Assembly: GCA_965243025.1 (NCBI GenBank)
Contig: CBDETY010000003.1
Coordinates: 2,400,001 to 2,464,000, forward strand
Origin: Candidatus Latescibacterota bacterium
GTDB lineage: Bacteria; Latescibacterota; UBA2968; UBA8231
DNA length: 64,000 nt
Direction of reading: 5' to 3'
The notes below the pieces were generated by a model. It was not told the origin of the DNA. It saw only the letters and a list, made by a program, of their open reading frames with translations, and made no database searches. Positions 44,159 to 53,341 of this stretch are shown piece after piece. The stretch's first letter is position 1. Every line of letters begins with the position of its first letter. A program made the translations under genes and the position numbers.

Positions 44159-45625
44159 GTGAAAACCATCTTCATCATCCTCGATTCCCTGAACCGCCAC
44201 TACCTCCGCAGCTACGGCCCCTCCTGGGTGCAGACACCCAACATCGACCGCCTGGCGCGGCGCGGCCTGGTGTTCGACAACCACTACAGCTGCTCCCTTC
44301 CCTGCATGCCGGCGCGGCGCGACCTCTACACCGGGCACGCCGGATTCCTCGAGACGCCCTGGAGCCCGCTGCAGCCCTGGGACGACACCCTGCACGCGGA
44401 GCTGCGCCGGCAGCGCCAGACCTACAGCCACCTCATCACCGACCACTACCACTACTTCCACAGCGGCGGCGAGTTCTACCACGTCCAGTTCGACAGCTGG
44501 GAGTTCGCGCGCGGCCAGGAGCGGGACGTCTGGCGGCCGCTGGTCGACCTGCCGCCCCCGCCTCCCCACCTCGGCAAGTCGCAGCGCGGGTACTGGGCCA
44601 ACCGCGCCTTCGCCGACACCGGGAACGACGAGGACTACCCGACCCCGCAGTGCTTCGCCCGCGCCATCGAGTTCCTCGACGCCAACCGCGGAGCCGACAA
44701 CTGGCACCTCCACCTCGAGTGCTTCGACCCCCACGAACCGTTCTCCTGCCCGGCGCGCTACCGCGAGCTCTACGGCGACACCTGGGAGGGGGAGCACTTC
44801 GAGTGGCCGGAGTACGCCCCGGTGAGCGAGAGCCCCGAGGCGGTCGAGCATATCCGCAAGTCGTACGCCGGCACCCTGACCATGGCCGACGCCTGGCTCG
44901 GCAGGTTCCTCGACCGGATGGACGAGCTCGACATGTGGGAGGATACCGCCGTCGTCCTGAGCACCGATCACGGTCACCTGCTCGGCGAGCACGGGTACTG
45001 GGCCAAGAACTACATGTTCGACTACGAGGAGCTGGTGCACATACCCCTGATCGTCTGCGCTCCCGGGGTCGGGCACCGCCGCGTGCCGGCGCTGACCTCC
45101 GCCCTCGACCTGATGCCGACCTTCATGGAGCTGCACCGGGGGGAACTGCCGCCGAACGTGCAGGGCCGCTCCCTCTGCCACCTGCTGCCGGGGGGCGGCA
45201 GCCACCACGACGCCGTGTTCTTCGGCTACTTCGGCAAGGACATCAACCTCACCGACGGCCGCTACAGCTACTGCCGGCAGCCGCTGCCCGGCTCCTTCGC
45301 GTACAACCACGCTGCGGTGCTGTGCACATCACCCGACCCGGGCAGGATGGGAAATCCCCTGCACAGCCGGGAGGATCTCGCCGGGGCCGAGCACGGTCTC
45401 TTCCTGCCGCACACCCACGGCATTCCCCACCTGCGCCTGAAGGTGCCGTCGCACCGGCACCACAACGCCCCGGACTTCAACCCGGTCTACGATCTGGAGG
45501 CCGACCCGGGGCAGGAGAACCCGGTCCGGGACGGCCGGCTGGAGGAGGAGCTGGCGGGACAGATGAGGGAGCTGCTCAAGCGCTACGGAGCCCCGGAGAG
45601 CGAGTTCAGGCGGGTGGGGCTGTAG
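44159..45625 (+). CDS. Formylglycine-dependent sulfatase
   Basis: IILDSL, TPNIDRLA, CMPAR (CxPxR), DPHEP, STDHG; GTG start. Confidence 0.93.
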   Translation: MKTIFIILDSLNRHYLRSYGPSWVQTPNIDRLARRGLVFDNHYSCSLPCMPARRDLYTGHAGFLETPWSPLQPWDDTLHAELRRQRQTYSHLITDHYHYFHSGGEFYHVQFDSWEFARGQERDVWRPLVDLPPPPPHLGKSQRGYWANRAFADTGNDEDYPTPQCFARAIEFLDANRGADNWHLHLECFDPHEPFSCPARYRELYGDTWEGEHFEWPEYAPVSESPEAVEHIRKSYAGTLTMADAWLGRFLDRMDELDMWEDTAVVLSTDHGHLLGEHGYWAKNYMFDYEELVHIPLIVCAPGVGHRRVPALTSALDLMPTFMELHRGELPPNVQGRSLCHLLPGGGSHHDAVFFGYFGKDINLTDGRYSYCRQPLPGSFAYNHAAVLCTSPDPGRMGNPLHSREDLAGAEHGLFLPHTHGIPHLRLKVPSHRHHNAPDFNPVYDLEADPGQENPVRDGRLEEELAGQMRELLKRYGAPESEFRRVGL

Positions 45626-45753
45626 GGGTGGGGATACAAGTGGCCTGGTCCACCGCTTCAGGAAACATCTCCTGAGGAAACCTTAGCTTTAGAGATTCCT
45701 TCGAAACCAGGGCCACTGGTATTCCGGAGAATACTCCACATTCAGTTAGAGGA

Positions 45754-47625
45754 TTGATGACCCAGCCCGAAACCGCAACCCACGACGCGGTGCAAACCGC
45801 ACCCCGAACCGGCATCCGCAACGTCGCCATCATTGCCCACGTAGACCACGGCAAAACCACCCTGGTCGACGGCATGCTCAAACAGAGCAATGTCTTCCAG
45901 GCCCACCAGCAAATCGCCGAACGGGTCCTCGATTCCAACGATCTCGAGCGCGAGCGGGGCATCACGATCCTGGCGAAGAACACGGGCATCGTCTACGAGG
46001 GCACGACCATCAACATCGTCGACACCCCCGGGCACACCGACTTCGGCGGTGAAGTCGAGCGCATCATGAACATGGTCGACGGCGTGGTGTTGCTCATCGA
46101 CGCCGTCGAGGGGCCGATGCCGCAGACGCGCTTCGTCCTCAAGCAAGCGCTGGAGCGCGGGCACAAGGCCGTCGTCGTGGTCAACAAGGTCGATCGGCCG
46201 GCGGCCCGCCCCGACGCAGTGGTCGACGCCACCTTCGATCTGTTCATCGATCTCGGGGCCGACGACGAACAGGCCGACTTCCCCGTGGTGTACACCCGTG
46301 CCCTGGAGGGCCGCGCCGGACTCGCTCCCGATCGGCTGGCCCAAAACCTGGTCCCCTTGTTCGATGCCATCGTCGGCCACCTCCCCCCGCCCCAGATCGC
46401 AATGGACGGTCCGCCGCAGTTGTTGGTCACGACCCTGGAGCACAGCTCGTATGTGGGCAGGATCGGCGTCGGCCGTTTGAGCAGCGGTTCGCTTGCCGCC
46501 GGTCAGGCGATCATGCACATCGACGCCGAAGGCGGGATGCAGCCGGCCACGGTCGGACAGGTTTTCGTCTTCCGCAACCTCAAGCGCGAGCCGGTCGAGC
46601 AAGTCCACGCCGGCAACATCGTCGCCGTCTCCGGCGTGCCCGCCATCGGTATCGGCGATACGCTGACCTGCCCGGAGCGACCGCTGGCGCTGCCGCCGAT
46701 CAAAGTCGAAGAGCCTACGGTACGCATGGTCTTCAAGGTCAACGACAGCCCCTTCTCCGGGCGCGAGGGCCGCTTCGTGACCAGCCGCGAACTGCGCAGC
46801 AGGCTTTTCGAGGAGTTGGAGAGCAATGTCGCGCTGCGCGTGGAGAACCTGGAACGTTCGGGCGAGTTTGTCGTGTCCGGCCGGGGAGAGCTGCACCTGG
46901 CCATCCTGGTCGAGACCATGCGACGCGAGGGCTACGAACTGGCCGTGAGCAACCCCGAGGTCATCTTTCGCCCGAGTGCCGGAGGTATCCTCGAACCCGT
47001 CGAGCGGGTTTTCATCGAGGTGCGTGCCGAGTATCTGGGGCCGGTCAGCGAAATCCTCGGCAAAAGGCGCGGGCGGCTGCAGGACATCCGCCACGGCGAT
47101 GACGGCGTAGTCTACGCCGAATTCCTGGTTCCCACCCGCGGAGTTCTGGGGTTTCGCCAGCCCTACATGAATGCCACGCGCGGTACGGGCACCTTCAACA
47201 CGCTCTTCCACGATTACCAGCCGGTGGCCGGGGAGATCGACGTGCAGGAGCACGGCTCGCTCATCTCACACGAGCACGGAACCGCCAGCGCCTATGCCCT
47301 GGAGCATCTGCAGCAGCGCGGCACTTTTTTCATCAGCCCCGGGGAGGAAGTCTACGCCGGTCAAGTCGTCGGCCAGGCCATCCGCAACGAAGACCTGGTC
47401 GTCAACGTCTGCCGCACGAAACACCAGACAGGCCACCGCGCTACGCCCAAGGCCATCATGGATTCACTCTCACCCCCGCGCATCCTGACGCTCGACGAGG
47501 CGATAGAATACCTGGGCAACGACGAGCTCCTGGAAGTCACGCCCAAGGCCTTGCGCGTGCGCAAGAGAGAGCTGCAACACAGCCTGCGCTACCGCGCCGA
47601 AAAGAACGCCAGGAAAGAACAATAG
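45754..47625 (+). CDS. typA: Translational GTPase TypA/BipA
   Basis: [58 protein letters not shown]. Confidence 0.97.
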   Translation: MMTQPETATHDAVQTAPRTGIRNVAIIAHVDHGKTTLVDGMLKQSNVFQAHQQIAERVLDSNDLERERGITILAKNTGIVYEGTTINIVDTPGHTDFGGEVERIMNMVDGVVLLIDAVEGPMPQTRFVLKQALERGHKAVVVVNKVDRPAARPDAVVDATFDLFIDLGADDEQADFPVVYTRALEGRAGLAPDRLAQNLVPLFDAIVGHLPPPQIAMDGPPQLLVTTLEHSSYVGRIGVGRLSSGSLAAGQAIMHIDAEGGMQPATVGQVFVFRNLKREPVEQVHAGNIVAVSGVPAIGIGDTLTCPERPLALPPIKVEEPTVRMVFKVNDSPFSGREGRFVTSRELRSRLFEELESNVALRVENLERSGEFVVSGRGELHLAILVETMRREGYELAVSNPEVIFRPSAGGILEPVERVFIEVRAEYLGPVSEILGKRRGRLQDIRHGDDGVVYAEFLVPTRGVLGFRQPYMNATRGTGTFNTLFHDYQPVAGEIDVQEHGSLISHEHGTASAYALEHLQQRGTFFISPGEEVYAGQVVGQAIRNEDLVVNVCRTKHQTGHRATPKAIMDSLSPPRILTLDEAIEYLGNDELLEVTPKALRVRKRELQHSLRYRAEKNARKEQ

Positions 47626-47695
47626 CCCCCCTGTCGCCCGGCAGCGGAGCGACAGATGAAGCCGGACGCAGCGGTAGATGGATTCCTCGCCCGGC

Positions 47696-47962
47696 TCAAC
47701 GGGTGCGCTCCGCGACGGCCAAGTCGTGGATGCGCTGCAGGTTGACCCAGAAGCCGGCCCCGTTGCCGAACAGCTTGCCGAAACGAACCGCCATCCCGGC
47801 GGTAACCGGCTGCCTCTCGTTGATGATTTCGTAAAGGGTCTGCCGGGATATCCCGAGGGTATCGGCAAGGGCCGTTTTGCTCATGGAAAGCGCAGGCAGG
47901 ATGTCCTCGCGCAGGATCTCGCCAGGATGCACCGGATCAATGGAAGGGTGTCTTCTGATCAT
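47696..47962 (-). CDS. higA: HigA-family antitoxin (HTH-XRE)
   Basis: HPGEILREDIL...LADTLGISRQTL...VTAGMAVRF...FWVNLQ. Confidence 0.9.
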   Translation of the reverse strand: MIRRHPSIDPVHPGEILREDILPALSMSKTALADTLGISRQTLYEIINERQPVTAGMAVRFGKLFGNGAGFWVNLQRIHDLAVAERTR

Positions 47963-48089
47963 CAGTGATAGTCCTCAATGTCAACGTCCGCAGCACCGTC
48001 ATCGTCCCAACCGAATGTGACGCGCACATTGGCCGTCAGGCGGACCGAGTACCGGCCCTCACGGTCGCCCTCAGGGGATGAAAGTACGC
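47962..48089 (-). pseudogene. higB: HigB (RelE/ParE-superfamily) toxin remnant, 5'-truncated and frameshifted
   Basis: C-terminal GDREGRYSVRLTANVRVTFGW...VDIEDYH directly precedes higA; the upstream YFHPL lies in a neighbouring frame (one base missing near 48071); the N-terminal half is absent. Confidence 0.75.
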
Positions 48090-48098
48090 TCCTGAGCC

Positions 48099-48842
48099 TC
48101 AGCTGCTCCGCTTTTCCCGCCAGTACCCCTCCAGGCCGTCCCCGGGCTCCCACCCGAGAAGGCGCCGGGCCTTGCCGGCCCGCACCTGGTCCTGGGGCAG
48201 GTCCGCGGTGATGAAGAACGCCTCGCACTTCGACGGCAGCGCCTCGAGATCCGCCTCCAAGGCGCAGCGGACCGCCGCGGCCGCGTCGCGGTAGGTGACG
48301 GCGAACGGGTTCATCCCGGCTTGCGGACCGACGGAAGGGTGCGGCTCGCAGAACCGGGAGAAGAGCAGGGTCAGGACGTGGACCGGGTGCCGTTCGGAGA
48401 ACAGGCGGCAGATCTCCTGGCCCAGCGACTTGCTGAGCGCGTAGAGCCCGGTTCCCGGGTGAGGCGGAATATCCTCGACGATGCCGAAGTCCCAAGCCAG
48501 GTAGCGCGGCCCTGCCAAGGTGAAACGGGGGCCGGTGTTGACGAAGCGGAGGTGCCCGACCTCGACCGCGGCCCTGAGTCCGTTCCAGGTGCCGCGTGTG
48601 TTGACGTCGAAAGCGCCGCGGCGGTCCCGGCGCGACACCGAGCAGTTGACGATGGCGTCGGTCCCCTCGGCCGCGGCCCGCACCTGCCGGTAGTCGGCGA
48701 CGTCGACCTGCATGGTCTCGTGCGGGCCGTCCACCGGGACCACGTCGGTGACGCGCAGGTCGCAGTCTCTCTGCAGCTCCCTGACGACGTGCGGCCCCAG
48801 GTAACCGTTGCCGCCGAGCAGCAGGATACGCGGCCTAGCCAA
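48099..48842 (-). CDS. NAD-dependent epimerase/dehydratase (extended SDR, uronate-dehydrogenase-like)
   Basis: LLGGNGYLG, VNTRGTWN, YALSK. Confidence 0.88.
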   Translation of the reverse strand: MARPRILLLGGNGYLGPHVVRELQRDCDLRVTDVVPVDGPHETMQVDVADYRQVRAAAEGTDAIVNCSVSRRDRRGAFDVNTRGTWNGLRAAVEVGHLRFVNTGPRFTLAGPRYLAWDFGIVEDIPPHPGTGLYALSKSLGQEICRLFSERHPVHVLTLLFSRFCEPHPSVGPQAGMNPFAVTYRDAAAAVRCALEADLEALPSKCEAFFITADLPQDQVRAGKARRLLGWEPGDGLEGYWREKRSS

Positions 48843-50082
48843 AGGCGACTCCTCCCCTGCCCTCGAGCCCGGCGTAGCGCTGCGCGAACCCGGGGCTGCC
48901 GTTGTCGTCTATCACCTCGAGGTTGGAGCCGGCCTCGAAGATCGGCAGCCCGGCCTGCCGGTAGCGGCCGTGGAAGGCGCTGCGGTTGCCGGCGATCTCG
49001 ACGATCTCGCCGCCGGCCCGGGTGTAGCGGTAGAAGTGGCGGGGCTCCTCCACGGTCGTGTAGTCGACTTTGTATTTCCCGATTGCCGCCTCGTCGATCT
49101 CGACGCCGAGCCCGGGCCCGTCGGGCACCGGGTAGTAGCCGCCCCTCACATGGTGCGGGGTTTCGAGCAGCTGGGACTCGTAGATGTTCATGCAGGTGAT
49201 CGCCGGCCACCGGGCTTCGCTGCAGACCGAGCCGACGTGCGCGGCCCAGGCAGTGGTAAGGCCGCTGCCGACCAGCTGCAGCCAGAACGGCTTGTTGGCC
49301 GCGGCGACGACCGCCTGCTGCCGCATGATCTGCGCGGCCCCGCCGCCGATGATGAGGCCGTCGGCGATGTCGTCCCGCAGGACCGTCATGATCGCGGGCC
49401 GGTCGACGTGCATCGCAACGGGCCGGTCGATCCGGGCGCGGATCTGCCGGTTTCCGGCGACGTCCTCCTGCGGTATCGGGGTCTCGATCATCGCCACCTG
49501 CTCGTACTGCTCCAGCGACTTCAGCAGAGGCACGGCGTTGGCGGAGTTGACGAGGTGGCCGTTGAAGTCGAGGTCGAGCCGGAACTGCGGCGGGACCACC
49601 TGAGCCACCGCCTCGATGCAGGCGTGCAGGTCCTGCCAGGGCCGCGTCTTCAGCTTGGCTGACATGTAGCCCCGGGCCGCCGCGGTCTCGCACTGCCGCG
49701 CCCAGCCTGCCGGGTCCATGTCGCAGGTCCACCAGGAGACCGGGCAGCGGTTGCGGACCCGGGGGCCGAGCAGGTCGCTGACCGGGACGTTCTCGTTCCT
49801 CGCAACCGCGTCGAACAGGGCGACCTGGACGCCGCAGCCGAGGCTGTCGTCCCAGAGCAGCGAGGCGGCTTCCCTGCCGATGATGCGCTCCTCGATGTCG
49901 TCCGGGACGCGGGCGTGGGTGGCGTTGAGGATGGTCTCCCCCCAGCCGGCGGCGCCGTTCTCCAAGGTCAGGCGGCACAGCTGGATTATACGCCACGGGG
50001 AGATCCAGTACTTCAGGTAGCTGCCTGCATGCGGTTCGAACGGCACGTCGAGGTGGAAGAGCTCGACACGGGCAACCTTCAT
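48835..50082 (-). CDS. Mandelate racemase/muconate-lactonizing enzyme (enolase superfamily) protein
   Basis: GWGET, ALFDAVAR...PVSDLLG, KLK, LDFNG, IETP, PGLGVEID. Confidence 0.9.
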   Translation of the reverse strand: MKVARVELFHLDVPFEPHAGSYLKYWISPWRIIQLCRLTLENGAAGWGETILNATHARVPDDIEERIIGREAASLLWDDSLGCGVQVALFDAVARNENVPVSDLLGPRVRNRCPVSWWTCDMDPAGWARQCETAAARGYMSAKLKTRPWQDLHACIEAVAQVVPPQFRLDLDFNGHLVNSANAVPLLKSLEQYEQVAMIETPIPQEDVAGNRQIRARIDRPVAMHVDRPAIMTVLRDDIADGLIIGGGAAQIMRQQAVVAAANKPFWLQLVGSGLTTAWAAHVGSVCSEARWPAITCMNIYESQLLETPHHVRGGYYPVPDGPGLGVEIDEAAIGKYKVDYTTVEEPRHFYRYTRAGGEIVEIAGNRSAFHGRYRQAGLPIFEAGSNLEVIDDNGSPGFAQRYAGLEGRGGVAFG

Positions 50083-50342
50083 TCGGGTCCTCCTGCAATC
50101 ATCGGGGTGAAAGTCGGGGAGTGCTCGGACCGGCGGAAACCGACGGTGGGAACACCTTGCTGCAACGACGGGCGGTCAGCCTTCGTCATCGGCCGGCGCG
50201 AGCCTGGGCCAGCGCGGCGGTGCAAAAGAGGCCGGCCAATCGAGATGAAATCATGCCGGGCCAGTGACGACAGACGCTGCGCCGACGGGAACGGGCCCCC
50301 TCGATCGGCTGCGAAAGACCATTGCATGCCGGGGGCCCCCGC

Positions 50343-53165
50343 TCAGCCGGAGGCGTCCGCATCCCTTTCGATAGCCGCCTGCTCGATGCGCATGCGGCGG
50401 TTGCCGGTCTCGAAGGCGGCCAGGCCCCGCGCCGGTTCGCCGGGGCCGCGTCCGAGCCGGCCACGGACGGTTACCCCGCTCGGCAGCCGGAAAGAGTACT
50501 CCACCGGCCCACTGGCCGGCTCCGGGGCTATGGTCCTGCCCTGCGGCTCCGGCCGGCCCTGCGGCAGGACCCGGTAGCGCTGCCCTGCTGCCGTTGCGAA
50601 CCGCAGCAGGTCGCCTTCAAGCAAGGTTCCGCCCGCGGCCGCATCCCCTTCCCCAGCCCCGGTCACCGTCAGCAGACACCGCCCGCCCCAGGGATTGCGC
50701 AGGCGGCACTCCTCTCCGAGGCGCGACTCGACCTCGACGAACTCCACCTCCCCCTTGCGAATCGCGGCTGTCACCAGGAAGCCGCCCCGCCCCAGCAGGC
50801 GGAAGGAGGCCCCCCACTGCTGCGGCCACGCGGGAAACACGCGGATCACCTCCGGCTCCCCGGGCCGCGGGGACACGCTCTGCATCAGTCCCTGCTGCAA
50901 GGTCCCGGCCGCCATCCCGGAAGGCTCGAGCCCCATCGACTGGATCCCCTGCTCGAAGCAGCTGAGACCGTTGGCGAGGAATGGCCTGTACATGCTGTAG
51001 TGGGCGGCGAGCAGGGCGGGCAGCTCTTCGCCGCGGCCGGCCAGGGGAAAGGCGATCGGGGTGCGCACCAGCGACGGCCGCCAGTGCCTGCCGGTCATCG
51101 CCTTGCGGTGGTTGGGACAGAGGTCGAGCATGCGCCGCACCATCTCCTTCTGGCCGTCGTCGCCGCTCTCCAGGGTCCAGACCTCGAAGGTCTCGACCGG
51201 GTGCGCCCAGATGTCCTCGGACGGGAAGTCCCCCCGGGGGACGTCGATATGGCCGAGGTGGCCGGCGGCCCAGACGTCGTCGGCCAGGGTCCCGAAGGTG
51301 AGGGCCTTCGACTCCGGCTCGGATCCCATCGGGTAGGGGGCGAGGTGCTCCAGCAGGTCCCGCCAGCCCTCCCGCAGGCCGGCGTCGACCCCGAGGATCT
51401 CCGCGGCGCGGATGGCCGGCCCGGCGATGCCGCGGATCGCCGCGAGGTCCTTGAGGCTGTCCTTCACGAGGTAGAAGGACTCCATGACGTTGGTCCCCTC
51501 GAGGTGGTAGAGGCCGTCCTCTCCCCTGACGGCGAGGTGCCGGTAGAGCTCGGCCGCGCCGCGCAGCAGCGGATACGCCTTCTCCCGCAGCCAGGCCTCG
51601 TCCCCGGTGCGGCGGTACCGCCACCAGGCCTGCAGGGCGATCTTGCTGCCGGTCGAGACGATGTGGGCGATGGCGGCGAACGGCCGCAGCCCCCGGCGCG
51701 CCTCCTCCTCCTTGTTGCCGGCGAACGACGAGCTGTAGTAGAGGTGGGAGTCGTGCTGGCAGAGGACGCGGGTGCGCGCCGACAGGGTACCGCTGCCGGT
51801 CCTGCCGAGGAAGTAGTTGCGGAACTCCCGGGCGCTGTCCGGCGGCAGCGACACCGGTCCGTCGGCCGGGCTGGTCTCGGGGAACAGGGCGCCGGCGGCC
51901 ACCCCCCAGCGCTGCCGGGCGGCCTCCTCGCACAGGGGCAGCTGGCGCGAATACATGTCGAAGTAGGGCTCGCACAGGTCGGCGCCGTCGGCGGCCTGGA
52001 GCGGCCGGTACATCATCTCGACGATCCAGTGCCAGAGCTGGGTGCCGAGATGGGGGATGTCCCCCTCGGTCTGGAAGATCAGTCCCGCCCCCTGCGGCGC
52101 CGGACCGGGGCCCCGCGACGAGGAGGCGGCGTAGTACAGGTGCAGGGTGCGGACGCGCTCGAGGTAGTCGGCGAAGCCGTCCGCGCTGGTCAGATGCACG
52201 AAGCTCCGCGACCAGAACCGGTGCCACCAGGCGGCGTGCTCGGCGCGCAGCGTTTCATATGGCATTCCGGCCGCGGCGTCGAGCAGCTCAAGAGCCCTGT
52301 CGCCGGTGCCTTCGGCGTCCGGGCCTGTGGCCGCGGCGCTGGAGAGGAGCACCGTGCGGACTCCCTTTTCCGCGGGCAGAACGAGGGTGCGCGCCTCGGG
52401 CCGGCCCTTGCGGACCGCCTCGCGCTCGTTGGTGATGCCGAGCGGCTTCTCGTCCCAGAGCAGGGCCGCCGGCTTCCAGGCCGCCTCGTGCGCCTCGACC
52501 CGGGGCTCGGCCCCCGGCACCGCGACGGCAACCGCGGATCGGGCTCGGTACTCCTCGTCGCGGAAGAACCGCTTCTCCTCGAACTCCTGCACCACCAGCA
52601 GCCTGCTGTCACAGTCCTCGAACCGGTAGCGGGCGGTGTGCACCCCGGTCTCGACCTCCTCGGGAATCCAGCGTTTTGCGTTCCAGAGATTGAGGGGCGT
52701 GGTCACCTCCGGGGCCCGCCACATCGACAGGGTCACGCGGATCTCCCGCGGCTTCGCGCGCCGGTCGTCGACCTCCACAGCGAGGAGGTCGCGGGCCGAG
52801 GAGAGGAAGCAGCGCACCCGCACCCCGTCGCCGGAGAGGGCGCACTCGGCGTCGTACAGGGAAAGGTGCTGGCGGAAGGCATCCCCGGCCGCGAACGCCT
52901 GGCCGCCCACATCCACCTCGAGGCGGGCGCAGCCGCCGCGGTAGTCGACGGGGCTGCGGTGCGAGCCGGCGTGGTTGCGGTCGGAGGAGAAGAGATCGCG
53001 CCGGTTGAGGTGGAAACGCACCGAGTCCGGGGTCGTCCAGACCGTGGTCCCCATCATGCCGTTGCCGATCGGGGTCCCGTCGATCGACACCTCCGCGGGG
53101 CTGTGGTACACGAGGTCGGCGCGCGAGACCAGGGCGCGGTAATCGACTGCGATCAGCTCGGGCAT
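50343..53165 (-). CDS. GH95-like (alpha/alpha)6 glycoside hydrolase
   Basis: PIGNGMMG, HAAWWHRFW, YRRTGDEAWLREKAYPLL, GLMQS...IRVFPAWP...FRLLGRGGFLVTA. Confidence 0.75.
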   Translation of the reverse strand: MPELIAVDYRALVSRADLVYHSPAEVSIDGTPIGNGMMGTTVWTTPDSVRFHLNRRDLFSSDRNHAGSHRSPVDYRGGCARLEVDVGGQAFAAGDAFRQHLSLYDAECALSGDGVRVRCFLSSARDLLAVEVDDRRAKPREIRVTLSMWRAPEVTTPLNLWNAKRWIPEEVETGVHTARYRFEDCDSRLLVVQEFEEKRFFRDEEYRARSAVAVAVPGAEPRVEAHEAAWKPAALLWDEKPLGITNEREAVRKGRPEARTLVLPAEKGVRTVLLSSAAATGPDAEGTGDRALELLDAAAGMPYETLRAEHAAWWHRFWSRSFVHLTSADGFADYLERVRTLHLYYAASSSRGPGPAPQGAGLIFQTEGDIPHLGTQLWHWIVEMMYRPLQAADGADLCEPYFDMYSRQLPLCEEAARQRWGVAAGALFPETSPADGPVSLPPDSAREFRNYFLGRTGSGTLSARTRVLCQHDSHLYYSSSFAGNKEEEARRGLRPFAAIAHIVSTGSKIALQAWWRYRRTGDEAWLREKAYPLLRGAAELYRHLAVRGEDGLYHLEGTNVMESFYLVKDSLKDLAAIRGIAGPAIRAAEILGVDAGLREGWRDLLEHLAPYPMGSEPESKALTFGTLADDVWAAGHLGHIDVPRGDFPSEDIWAHPVETFEVWTLESGDDGQKEMVRRMLDLCPNHRKAMTGRHWRPSLVRTPIAFPLAGRGEELPALLAAHYSMYRPFLANGLSCFEQGIQSMGLEPSGMAAGTLQQGLMQSVSPRPGEPEVIRVFPAWPQQWGASFRLLGRGGFLVTAAIRKGEVEFVEVESRLGEECRLRNPWGGRCLLTVTGAGEGDAAAGGTLLEGDLLRFATAAGQRYRVLPQGRPEPQGRTIAPEPASGPVEYSFRLPSGVTVRGRLGRGPGEPARGLAAFETGNRRMRIEQAAIERDADASG

Positions 53166-53341
53166 CTCTCTCCTGTTGTCCGCTCCGGGCGGCGGGTTCG
53201 GCCGGCAGATACAACTGACCGGGGTTTTTTACCAGGTATCACCGAAAAAACACGAATCATTTGCGGCTCGCCGCCGCTGGACACCCGTCCTGTCCGGGAA
53301 ACCCCTGCCCTGGGGGAGGTGCCACGGGCACTCCACTCCGA

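Noticed and set aside
45631-45725. Glycine riboswitch (minus-strand CGAAGG...CTCAGG)
   Set aside because: Missing the GGAGA element and P1 arrangement, and oriented away from any downstream gene; kept only as a generic structure.
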